From a virus, in the IMG/VR virus record IMGVR_UViG_3300025941_000667, positions 14,218 to 78,217 of that record: a DNA stretch of 64,000 bases; one strand, 5' to 3'. The notes below the pieces were generated by a model, which had not been told where the DNA came from, did no database searches, and saw nothing but the letters and a program-made list of their open reading frames with translations. A program made the position numbers and the translations under genes. Every line of letters starts with the position of its first letter. Within the stretch, counting starts at the first letter, position 1. Below are positions 35,401 to 42,920 of the stretch, one piece after another.

Positions 35401-36777
35401 TCCGTTCGTAGTGGTCGCGCATGTCGGGCAGCTCGCGTCACCCGTGGCCGACGTCACCACCAACGGAGAAGACCCCGTCACCACAGGAGTGCCAGTATTC
35501 GTACCCCACGTAACCACTGGCGTGCCTGCCGCTGCTTGGGGCGCAAGCGTTACTGTTCCAGAGGTATTACCCTTGAGCAGCACCTTCCCAATCGTTGTAT
35601 TCGCAACACCGAGCGTCAGAGAGCCATTCGAGATGTTGGCGTTGACATTCCCGTCAACCGCAGTCCCCGTCCCGCCGTAGTAGGCCAATTGGCCCGCCGT
35701 CCCTGTGTTTACCGTTCCTGTCGGAACGCCAGCTGCCCCTAATGTCGTCCAGGAACCATTGACCCGCGCCTCGACACCAGGGATGTCTGAGTTGTAGCGA
35801 ATCATAGAATTTTCAGCAGTGGGACGCTGGGCCGTGGTGCCGCTTGGGAGTTTAAGCGCACTGGTCTGTGAGGAAGCATCAAGGGCCGCATTTGCGCTGG
35901 GCGTTCCGCCAATACCTAAATGCGTCCCACTCAGATCTCCAACGAGCAAAGTTCCGATACGCAACGTATCGCTTTCTGCTCCTGAGCCCGCATTCGTTGC
36001 CGTGCTATTTCCGAGATAAATGTTACCGCTGCCTGTGGTAAGCGCTTGGCCTACTTCCGCACCGAGAATCGTGTTGTGGCCGCCGGTGGTAACGCCGGTG
36101 CCCGCCTGAAAGCCTACGGCTGTGTTAAGCGTGCCGCTTGAATCGGCAGTCAGCGTATGGTCGCCAATCGCCACAGAGGACAGCTCCCCTCCGGCGCTCG
36201 CTAACGCATCGGCGCCCGCGACCACACAGAGCGGCGCAAGCGACTGATCAAAAGCAGTGGTGCCCATGACAGGGTTGCCAGCAGTCGTCAACTGAAAGCC
36301 GGTAATAGGAGAGCAGGAACCCCCATCCCCACTCGCGCTTCCCAACTGCCACGCTGAGGGAGTAGGAAACAACAGCGTAGTCACATCCGCAGTCCCGCTC
36401 ACGTAGTCCGTGGCTTTCACCCGAAAGTAACGAGCATTCACTGGTCCTTGCCACATGCCCGGGGCAGTAGCTGAGACCACGCCTGGAGTCGGGGATAAGG
36501 CGCCAATAGCTGCCACCGTCGTCGTTTCCCAATCGACGCCCGTATTTGACGTTTCAATAGCCAGTGTTCCAACAAAAGTATTGCCAACTTGGATAGAGAC
36601 CCAACGATAGCCAGAAGTATCCACCTGAATGGCGATACCGTTGAGTGCGGCGACGGACCCGACAATTTGTAGGGTAGACCCGAGGCGAGTAATCGTTCCG
36701 ACATTGGATTGCGCCAATACCGAGACCGGCACACAGGCCAGGGTCAAGATGAAGAAGAAGGCGCGAATCCAGCGCAT
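32431..36777 (-). CDS. Tail fibre-like protein with internal repeats and C-terminal S74-like intramolecular chaperone; N-terminal signal peptide (1448 aa)
   Basis: G/T/A-rich repeats (LPAATDTxVGKATTDxxTNKT x3); C-terminal SLEEWKNI..GVRYQELTAVLVKAIQEQQAQIDELK; N-terminus MRWIRAFFFILTLACVPVSVLA. Confidence 0.8.
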   Translation of the reverse strand: MRWIRAFFFILTLACVPVSVLAQSNVGTITRLGSTLQIVGSVAALNGIAIQVDTSGYRWVSIQVGNTFVGTLAIETSNTGVDWETTTVAAIGALSPTPGVVSATAPGMWQGPVNARYFRVKATDYVSGTADVTTLLFPTPSAWQLGSASGDGGSCSPITGFQLTTAGNPVMGTTAFDQSLAPLCVVAGADALASAGGELSSVAIGDHTLTADSSGTLNTAVGFQAGTGVTTGGHNTILGAEVGQALTTGSGNIYLGNSTATNAGSGAESDTLRIGTLLVGDLSGTHLGIGGTPSANAALDASSQTSALKLPSGTTAQRPTAENSMIRYNSDIPGVEARVNGSWTTLGAAGVPTGTVNTGTAGQLAYYGGTGTAVDGNVNANISNGSLTLGVANTTIGKVLLKGNTSGTVTLAPQAAAGTPVVTWGTNTGTPVVTGSSPLVVTSATGDASCPTCATTTNGGDLTGTAPVAVSAAGAISLSGTAGQVPNGLTGAFTATPTLGIAGASIGTLTFAGNSSGSVLLKPQAAAGTPTVTFGTASGTPAVTASSPLAITSATGNMTCATCVTSSGGGAITGTAPVAVSAAGAVSLSGGAGQVPNGATGAFTATPTLGASGTLGSLTMGNATSGTVTVAPVAGALGTVTWSLPAATDTAVGKATTDVFTNKTFDTADTGNVLKINTTAVTDKTGTGKVVLDTTPTLVTPVLGAATGTTLALGANGGSIGQLTMNGNTSGTVTVKPQAAAGTPTVTWGTSSGTPAVTVSAPLALSTATGNLTVTGAAGQVLAGATPAFTATPTLGASGTLGSLTMGNATSGTITVAPVTGALGTPTLSLPAATDTLVGKATTDTLTNKTFDTAGSGNVFKINTVTVSDKTGTGKMVLDTSPTLVTPVLGVASGTSLALGASGTLGSMSMGNATSGVVTVQPVAGALGTVTWSIPAATDTAVGKATTDTLTNKTYDTAGSGNVFKINGTAISDITGTGKAVLDTTPILTTPVLGVAAATSINKVAITPPATSATLTIADGKTLTASNTLTFTGTDTSTVAFGAGGTVAYTGNKLSVFAATTSAELAGVLSDETGSGTAVFNTSPTLVTPTLGVASATTVNTTGTGTTCQYQLGGVCALWEDGATNQNTVVGNSGAPATISGGTGNTYIGYHAGNATIGGGSNVAIGTNADALVTSGGDNVAMGNGALHTVVSGNDNTAIGDGVLGLHTGSNATGLGSAALQVATGAGNTALGRKAGLIVTTGANNLLIGPNVASTVLTTGSNNIEMGVSAAITTASLSTSDTINIGGTGGSWVLVTGTGTNTTANTIMHGILQLPDLSTNTGATTGTVCWTTSTGNLRVNNSTACTASLEEWKNIKWSHAMNGLDIVMKLKPFWFTWKKKEIAAGDKYEQPGLGAHHTESVDKRLVGYGTDGKLQGVRYQELTAVLVKAIQEQQAQIDELKRQLARRS

Positions 36778-36791
36778 AGGACGATCTCCTT

Positions 36792-37163
36792 TTACATAAG
36801 AGCGGCAATAGTCATACGAACATCAATGGTGGTGGCGGCATCTCCCGCTGTGATATTGGGGCGCACCATGTGGGGATTCTCTAGAATTTTGGCGAAGATA
36901 TCGCCGCCCGTGTTGATCGGTACGCCGGTGGGTTCCGCGCTCAAGGTAAACCAGGTGGGACTCACATCAGCGAGCCCGTTGTTTGAACCTTCAATGAGTG
37001 CTGTCCCGCCGGCGCCATACGTCCCGGTGACCTGCACAGTTACGCGAGACCCGGCCACTCCAGTAAACGGAGCACCGGTATCGCCGTTCTTCAGCCCAAG
37101 CCACGACACCTTGACCACGCCTGCCGTGCCGACGAACTGTTGGACATAAGGAAGGATGCTCAT
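36792..37163 (-). CDS. Small structural protein (123 aa)
   Basis: VQVTGTYG..IEGSN jelly-roll pattern resembling the N-terminal domain of the neighbouring fibre. Confidence 0.55.
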   Translation of the reverse strand: MSILPYVQQFVGTAGVVKVSWLGLKNGDTGAPFTGVAGSRVTVQVTGTYGAGGTALIEGSNNGLADVSPTWFTLSAEPTGVPINTGGDIFAKILENPHMVRPNITAGDAATTIDVRMTIAALM

Positions 37164-37480
37164 TAGTATGACCCGCGCGCCTGCCAGCGAAACACAACCG
37201 CAGCGAGATCCACAGCATTGCCCACTTCCGCTGAAATGCCCGTGGTGCCATCATCAGTATAGGCAAGTACGAGCCAATGAGTGGCGTCGGTTTTTGTCAC
37301 TTCAAACCGATAGGCGCCAACATTGCCCACGTCGAGATAATCAATGATGCCAAGTCCGCCGCAATCATTTGGGATCACTGCCACACCGCTGGTCACGTAG
37401 GCGCCAAGGTTGCCGTAGCCGGAGCGGATCAAGTAGCCATTCCCGGCATGGCGTTCTTCTGTCGTTAAGGAAACTGCCAT
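37163..37480 (-). CDS. Small structural protein (105 aa)
   Basis: GGAG RBS; post-capsid position. Confidence 0.55.
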   Translation of the reverse strand: MAVSLTTEERHAGNGYLIRSGYGNLGAYVTSGVAVIPNDCGGLGIIDYLDVGNVGAYRFEVTKTDATHWLVLAYTDDGTTGISAEVGNAVDLAAVVFRWQARGSY

Positions 37481-37538
37481 GTAGATACTCCATGTGGGGG
37501 CGCTAACCGCGCCCCGTGTTACTGTGAGAAAGGAAGGC

Positions 37539-38339
37539 TTACGCTAAGGCGTCTACGTCAGAGTAGGAGTTCGCCCACGGTCCACACCGCACGTCAACGA
37601 GCGTAAAGTCGGACACGATATCCGAGGAGATGGTGACGAGCGCTGCGCCAATCATCAGGCGATGCGCAGAAGCCGCGCCAGTAATGGTAAAGCGTTTCGT
37701 TGCAGCAATGATTTGTACGCCAACGCCAAGAGCTGTTGAAGCAAGCATCAGCCCGCGACAGTGACCTTTATTTTGAGTAAACCCATATTTGCCAATCGGG
37801 AGTCCATCAGGAGCAATGACAATACCCATGACGGTATTGGCAAAGTCGCCAGCAGCAGCGGCTTCAATGCCGTAGGTTGCAAGGAGCTGAAGATCGTCGT
37901 TGACAGCAAGGGCAGTCGTGAGTCCGGCATTCTCAGAGGTGTCGAGTTCAATACGTGTTGCGGTGTTGCGCTTGATGGGGCAGTATTCACCTTCTGGAGC
38001 CGCACCTGCGGCATCGGCATTATCGAGGACAAACATAATAGCGCCATCATGCGCGCCGGCAGTCAGTCCCGTGGTCACCGCAAGCACGGTCGATCCACTG
38101 AGGATATTATTGACTGCGGTGAGGCCGTTGGCGTCACCCACTTTGGAAACAAGTTCTCCCTGGAGAAAATCAACGGTATCGCGGTTATGGACAAAGCTGA
38201 AGAAGCGGTGACCCAACTTATCCAACATCAGCGCTTGGATATTGGTCGGGAAATCCTTGTTTTGATAGACTTTATTGACTTCCGTACCACCGACAACCAA
38301 CAGGTTGCCGATCATGGAATAATTGATTGCAAGGGACAT
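37539..38339 (-). CDS. Capsid decoration/cement-like protein (266 aa)
   Basis: AAGGAG RBS; GKYGFTQNKG pattern; located downstream of the capsid gene. Confidence 0.5.
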   Translation of the reverse strand: MSLAINYSMIGNLLVVGGTEVNKVYQNKDFPTNIQALMLDKLGHRFFSFVHNRDTVDFLQGELVSKVGDANGLTAVNNILSGSTVLAVTTGLTAGAHDGAIMFVLDNADAAGAAPEGEYCPIKRNTATRIELDTSENAGLTTALAVNDDLQLLATYGIEAAAAGDFANTVMGIVIAPDGLPIGKYGFTQNKGHCRGLMLASTALGVGVQIIAATKRFTITGAASAHRLMIGAALVTISSDIVSDFTLVDVRCGPWANSYSDVDALA

Positions 38340-38381
38340 GACGGACTCCTTCCCCCGGTTTCAAGGCCGGAAAGGGAACGG

Positions 38382-38678
38382 TTAGACAGGGACGAGGAGG
38401 CCCCCGCGAGTTGTTTTCATTTTCTGCACCCGCATTGGTTGAGGTTGGGGTGCGTCGACCATTTTCATACTCAAGTTACGGTACGCATTGAGCGATGGGT
38501 CTTTGACTAACGCCGCGACCACTGAAGACACCGAGTAGCGGGTTGCGCGCTGCCCCTCTTCTTTAACGAGGAAGGCATCCGCCCCACATCGTTGCGCCTC
38601 ACGCAGCGCTGCAATACACAGCCAGAGGTGGGGCACAGCGCCTGCGGCGCCGTGTGCTGATTCCACCCAAAAGTCCAT
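38382..38678 (-). CDS. Hypothetical protein (MDFWVES..., ~98 aa)
   Basis: GAGG upstream of an internal ATG; fills the operon gap. Confidence 0.45.
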   Translation of the reverse strand: MDFWVESAHGAAGAVPHLWLCIAALREAQRCGADAFLVKEEGQRATRYSVSSVVAALVKDPSLNAYRNLSMKMVDAPQPQPMRVQKMKTTRGGLLVPV

Positions 38679-38682
38679 GGCG

Positions 38683-38922
38683 CTACGATTCCTCTCCGTA
38701 CTTTTCCAACAGCTGACCCCAACGACGACCAACCACACGCGGAGGATTCCGCACTTTCTCTGCTCTGCCGTGCTCGTTCCGGTAATACCCGTCGCCCTGA
38801 CGAATCATTTGCTGGTTCCTGCGATACTTGGGGTATTCTTCAGGATCATAGGGAATCATGTGGTCCGGAGGATCTTCTCCGTACCCATCGTAATCCAGCC
38901 AAGGACATTCTTTATTCATCAC
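38683..38922 (-). CDS. Hypothetical protein (79 aa)
   Basis: AGGAG RBS; operon context. Confidence 0.5.
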   Translation of the reverse strand: MMNKECPWLDYDGYGEDPPDHMIPYDPEEYPKYRRNQQMIRQGDGYYRNEHGRAEKVRNPPRVVGRRWGQLLEKYGEES

Positions 38923-38928
38923 GAACTC

Positions 38929-39123
38929 CTATTTCTTTTCGAGAAGCGCCCTCACAAAGCAGTCTTTTGCTTCAAGGAGTTTTCTAAGCCCTACCGTCTT
39001 TTCCGCTCCTTCCTCTAGCAACTCATCCATCTTTTGCGCGAATTCGCCACACAGTTTTGACACTTCCTGCAAAGGCATAGGTAGATGTTCATAACCAAAA
39101 AATTGCATCAATCTGTTTGCCAT
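38929..39123 (-). CDS. Small helical-hairpin protein, possibly Acb2/Tad1-like (64 aa)
   Basis: QFFGYEHLP..EKTVGLRKLLEAKDCFVRA, a recurrent phage protein pattern. Confidence 0.6.
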   Translation of the reverse strand: MANRLMQFFGYEHLPMPLQEVSKLCGEFAQKMDELLEEGAEKTVGLRKLLEAKDCFVRALLEKK

Positions 39124-39132
39124 CTGTTTTCC

Positions 39133-39639
39133 TTAACTCCCAGGCACGAAAAGCCCGGATTCATGGAGCTTCCATCTGTTGGGCATCTTCGACCAGCTCT
39201 CGAACTCTGTTTCGACCTTCAGCTCCGCACTGGCTTCGGCTTCGGGAGAGAGTTTCTTTCCCTGCTCAGTGGCCGGGAAATCGTCAGGGTTCTTGAGGAG
39301 AAAGTCCTTGAGTGCAGACACTGCAAAGTCGATCCATTCCAAAGCGCGCTCGCCTTTCTCTTCACTGTGGCCCGGAGTATGGACCCGGAGCACGTCATAG
39401 TTGTCACAGAAGCCTTTACGACACGCCATCACTGCCACCTGTACGGGGCTCCAGCTCTGCGATTTGCCTTCTGAGACAAATGGAAGGTTTTCGATAATAC
39501 GAACCCGGCCCGGTAACTGATCCGGCTTCCGCCACGCTTGCTTGAAGACGCGCTTGAGCTTCTGGTTTTCTCGATAGTCCCCTCCTACACGATCAAGAGG
39601 GTCTATCGGTAACAGGACATGACCGGCATTCGCAGGCAT
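39133..39639 (-). CDS. Hypothetical protein (168 aa)
   Basis: ORF directly downstream of the capsid gene. Confidence 0.6.
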   Translation of the reverse strand: MPANAGHVLLPIDPLDRVGGDYRENQKLKRVFKQAWRKPDQLPGRVRIIENLPFVSEGKSQSWSPVQVAVMACRKGFCDNYDVLRVHTPGHSEEKGERALEWIDFAVSALKDFLLKNPDDFPATEQGKKLSPEAEASAELKVETEFESWSKMPNRWKLHESGLFVPGS

Positions 39640-39666
39640 AGGTGAAGTTTCCTATCAGTAATGGGC

Positions 39667-39738
39667 TCGCTACCTGTTTGGTAATTCTGTGCTAATTTTA
39701 TTAGCACGTTCCTACCACAGCGTACCGTAAGGTCGCGA
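39667..39738. promoter_or_regulatory. Long imperfect stem-loop directly 3' of the major capsid gene
   Basis: Nested pairings TCGC/GCGA, CTG/CAG, TGGTA/TACCA and GTGCTAAT/ATTAGCAC (39689-39707). Confidence 0.45.
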
Positions 39739-39741
39739 TAT

Positions 39742-40689
39742 TTAAGTTAAATTGTACAAACTAAAGAAGGCCCACGGCGCCAAAAACTCAAAATTGCCAA
39801 TCAGCAAGAATTGCGCGGCGTAGCCATCGGTGCCGGGGATACGGTCCCACCCGGTCCAGTTCCAGGCCCCATCCTGCATGATGCAAAATTGCATATATTC
39901 AGTGTTGTAGCCGTTCATCTGCCCTGCAGGGCACTTTGCGTCGTCTACAAGGTTACATCCGAGATTACTAATGACTCGGTAGCCAAGTTCCGCAATCTCA
40001 TTATTGCCGCTGTTCTTGTCAAAAATTTGTTGCGTGCTGATACGATTGGCCGCGGTTTCCCAGATCGTAGGAGTAGTAATCGCGAGATCGGGGGAATCGT
40101 TGCCGCGCCGGGCTCTCGTCTGGCCGTGCGTCATCGCCGCAAAATTAAAGGAACCGCCGGTCACATCTACAAAGGATTGCCACCCATCAACAGAGGCACG
40201 CGGGATCGTGGCATACGTGGGATAAAACGTGCCGTCATCAATCGCGACAGCGGAGCCGTCCATATTAACGCCAGTGCCATCGCTAAAAATCTGCTCGCCC
40301 ATAATATCGACGATTTTCATCTTGGCGGCTTGCTTCAGCGCTTCACTCAGCGTGAAACTGGAGGCGGGACCACGAGCACGTAGAGCATCAATCCGGGTAA
40401 CGACCACTTCGGAGTAGGCTTGTTTCCATGTGACCGTTGCGGGGCGAAAGAGTTGTTTCTCCGAATTCGCAAAACGACCCAAGCCCGAGTACATGCCGCC
40501 GTTAGCCTTATCCACCATCACCGCCCAGGTAAGGTCAAAGTTCGGGTCGCACTCCATCAGCTTGTTATGAGAATCGAGGTACGAAAACAACGCAGACGAG
40601 GTAAAGGCAACATCGACCAAATATGGTTGGATCACACGACCGACCGCAGACCCCACGTTATCTAACCCGTTGGTAATGGTGACAGGCAT
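39742..40689 (-). CDS. Major capsid protein (HK97-fold), 315 aa
   Basis: Follows the scaffold gene; AAGGAG RBS; WKQAY, IFSDGTG, PDLAITT and DDAKCP..NTEY motifs. Confidence 0.8.
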   Translation of the reverse strand: MPVTITNGLDNVGSAVGRVIQPYLVDVAFTSSALFSYLDSHNKLMECDPNFDLTWAVMVDKANGGMYSGLGRFANSEKQLFRPATVTWKQAYSEVVVTRIDALRARGPASSFTLSEALKQAAKMKIVDIMGEQIFSDGTGVNMDGSAVAIDDGTFYPTYATIPRASVDGWQSFVDVTGGSFNFAAMTHGQTRARRGNDSPDLAITTPTIWETAANRISTQQIFDKNSGNNEIAELGYRVISNLGCNLVDDAKCPAGQMNGYNTEYMQFCIMQDGAWNWTGWDRIPGTDGYAAQFLLIGNFEFLAPWAFFSLYNLT

Positions 40690-40741
40690 TTCCGCTACTC
40701 CTTCTATGCGCGGTGGTCTTTAGTAGTGTGTCCACCGACAG

Positions 40742-41752
40742 TTAATTGACTAATTCAGCGTCAGGATTGGCGAGCACGCGCCGCAAATTTGTTGATACAT
40801 TCGCTTCGCGATTGCGCGCGTGCCACACTCGCGATTTCCCCTCAGTCGGGGCAGCCTCTGCTGTGCGCGGGACTTCACGGCCAGGCCGATGAAACGGACT
40901 GACGGGTAATGACCCCATTGCCCCTTCGCCGTTGCTTGGCAGCGCCGCTTCTTTTTCCGCACGGTACGCAGCCCACTTCTCCTCAAGGCGCTTCTGGTCG
41001 CTGGCTTCCCGGTCCTCATCTGCATAGAGCGCGTTGGCGGCCTCGCCCCAGGTTCGATAGTTGCCAGTCTTGTATTCTTCAAAAATGCGGTCGACTCGGT
41101 CAGGATGCTCTCGGGCATACAGCACTTCTTCATGGTTGAAGTGGCCCATTTCTCGGAGGCCCATCCCGAGCTTTTGGTCAAGCTGTTTGGCGCGTTCTTC
41201 TGCTGCGCTCATCATCGTGGGAATCGAGTTACGGAGCTGCTCAACTTGCTGCTCTAATTGCTGATAGCGCTGCGGGAGGTGCTCCATTTCCGTCATCATG
41301 TTTTCCATCGCGTCCACAATGCGACCCTGCGCGTCGATCGACTCTTCAAAGGTGATCTCGCCGCGTTGCTGCATCGCCTTGATGGATTGCAGACTTTGAC
41401 GACCCTGTGCAAAACGAGATGCCACATCAGGAGCAGACCGTTCAGTTCCATTCTGTGGCTGGGGTCGCCCGCGCCCTGCCCGCACGTTCTGGACAATCTG
41501 CGGAAGTCGCTCATCCCGCAGCCAATCCTGATTGTCGTTCGCCCAGCGTTGAAGAGGCTCTACTTGCTCGTAGCGTTGCTTATACTCACTCGCCTGCTGG
41601 GTCGCCCGCGTGTGATCGGCTTGTAAATGGAAAAATTTGTCTACTGCAGTCGAGCTCGTGAATTTCTTCTCGATCTCTCGCTTTTGCTCATCAGTCATAG
41701 GAAGATCGTCGATCCAACTCGTAAATTCTTTACCGACTACTCGTTTTGCCAT
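40742..41752 (-). CDS. Capsid scaffolding protein (336 aa)
   Basis: Coiled-coil, QADHTRATQ motif, directly upstream of the capsid gene. Confidence 0.7.
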   Translation of the reverse strand: MAKRVVGKEFTSWIDDLPMTDEQKREIEKKFTSSTAVDKFFHLQADHTRATQQASEYKQRYEQVEPLQRWANDNQDWLRDERLPQIVQNVRAGRGRPQPQNGTERSAPDVASRFAQGRQSLQSIKAMQQRGEITFEESIDAQGRIVDAMENMMTEMEHLPQRYQQLEQQVEQLRNSIPTMMSAAEERAKQLDQKLGMGLREMGHFNHEEVLYAREHPDRVDRIFEEYKTGNYRTWGEAANALYADEDREASDQKRLEEKWAAYRAEKEAALPSNGEGAMGSLPVSPFHRPGREVPRTAEAAPTEGKSRVWHARNREANVSTNLRRVLANPDAELVN

Positions 41753-41840
41753 ACGATATCTGAACTTTCGCCTTTTGTTCGCCCTAGGTGGTGTGACTCG
41801 GCTCGACGAGCGGCACCTGGAGGCGGAACAGGTCAGGCTG

Positions 41841-42299
41841 TTATTCGCCTGCCATTCCTGGGGTGCTCATCATGGGCCGAGGAGGGGCAAGGTTACCGGA
41901 CGAGGGGGCAGAGATGCCGTCGCCGGACATGGGCATGGTAGGACCAGCCACGACAGAAGCGACGGTACGGATAATTTTAATCAGGGCGTCAGGAAGACCG
42001 GGGATTTTTGCGGCGTCATACGCGAGAGAGCCGACTTGATTGATGATGTCTTTGGGATCTACGGGCGGGGGTTCAGCGCCAAGCTCCCCTTCCATCATCT
42101 CATCATCGGGCGATGGCTGCGCCATCGTCTCTTGCATAACAGAGCGCATGCGTTCTGGTCCGAGTTGCGTGACGTCGGGAATGATCGGCGGGGCCATCAT
42201 CTGACCCACGCCGGTCATGCTCCCTGAAGGACCATTGGGAGGCGGATAGCCGTCTAGAGGACCCGGCACATCTAATGGTGAGAGTATGGGCGAGGGCAC
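41841..42299 (-). CDS. Pro/Met-rich hypothetical protein (152 aa)
   Basis: Lies between portal and scaffold. Confidence 0.5.
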   Translation of the reverse strand: MPSPILSPLDVPGPLDGYPPPNGPSGSMTGVGQMMAPPIIPDVTQLGPERMRSVMQETMAQPSPDDEMMEGELGAEPPPVDPKDIINQVGSLAYDAAKIPGLPDALIKIIRTVASVVAGPTMPMSGDGISAPSSGNLAPPRPMMSTPGMAGE

Positions 42300-42506
42300 T
42301 TAATAGCCCTTTTTACTTTTCTTCATGCCACCACTGTTCCCACCGGAAGGATTCGGGGAGGGTTGCTTGCCATTGCCAAGATGTTCGGCGGCAATGTGAC
42401 CTTTGCCCCACCACCCGCGATTGATCGGACCCGGAGGCATCCCGGCGCCGCCAGAGGTTTGTTCAAGTTCGGTTCCTGGAACTCCGTTTTTGACAACTGC
42501 AGCCAT
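42300..42506 (-). CDS. Small Gly-rich basic-tailed protein (68 aa)
   Basis: AAGGAG RBS before ATG 42506 (MAAVVKNG...). Confidence 0.55.
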   Translation of the reverse strand: MAAVVKNGVPGTELEQTSGGAGMPPGPINRGWWGKGHIAAEHLGNGKQPSPNPSGGNSGGMKKSKKGY

Positions 42507-42601
42507 AAAGGTCTCCTTATACGATATTCGGGGCGAAGATAAAGCGAAAGTAAAATATACAGGCACGCTAGTACAATACAACCAAATAGCAATACGGACG
42601 G

Positions 42602-42757
42602 TTATTTCCCTTTGCCGCGCCGCGCTTCATCGAGGCCAATCTTGATGGCCTGCTTTCGACTCTTCACAATCGGCCCATTCTTACTGCCAGAATGCAACTC
42701 ACCAGCTTTGAATTTTCGCATCTCGTCTTCAACTTCATGACCTTTGCGTAGAGGCAT
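42602..42757 (-). CDS. DUF6496-like small basic protein (51 aa)
   Basis: MPLRKGHEVEDEMRKFKAGELHSGSKNGPIVKSRKQAIKIGLDEARRGKGK; AAGGAG RBS; below the ORF-track cutoff. Confidence 0.7.
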   Translation of the reverse strand: MPLRKGHEVEDEMRKFKAGELHSGSKNGPIVKSRKQAIKIGLDEARRGKGK

Positions 42758-42772
42758 AGCACTCTCCTTTTT

Positions 42773-42913
42773 CTACAATTTAAGACCGCCAATCAGGACA
42801 CCGAGCATAAAAAAGAACAATCCCCACGCTACGAGATTCCCATATGGGACTCCTACGCCTGCGCATCCAAATAAGACAGCAGCAACAATATAAAATACTT
42901 GGGTAATGTTCAT
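42773..42913 (-). CDS. Small two-TM protein (46 aa)
   Basis: MNITQVFYIVAAVLFGCAG..LVAWGLFFFMLGVLIGG; GAGG RBS. Confidence 0.55.
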   Translation of the reverse strand: MNITQVFYIVAAVLFGCAGVGVPYGNLVAWGLFFFMLGVLIGGLKL

Positions 42914-42920
42914 AGAAACC

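Noticed and set aside
27700-35700. Long Val/Pro-rich plus-strand ORFs (e.g. 33926-35680, 29465-30148) and tandem DNA repeats
   Set aside because: Antisense shadows and coding repeats of the Thr/Gly-rich fibre and IPT proteins. I saw no reverse transcriptase or adenine-specific TR/VR pair, so not a DGR.
39689-39707. GTGCTAA/TTAGCAC palindrome as a CIRCE (HrcA) operator
   Set aside because: The half-sites are in the reverse order and the spacing is wrong for TTAGCACTC-N9-GAGTGCTAA; better explained as part of an RNA stem.
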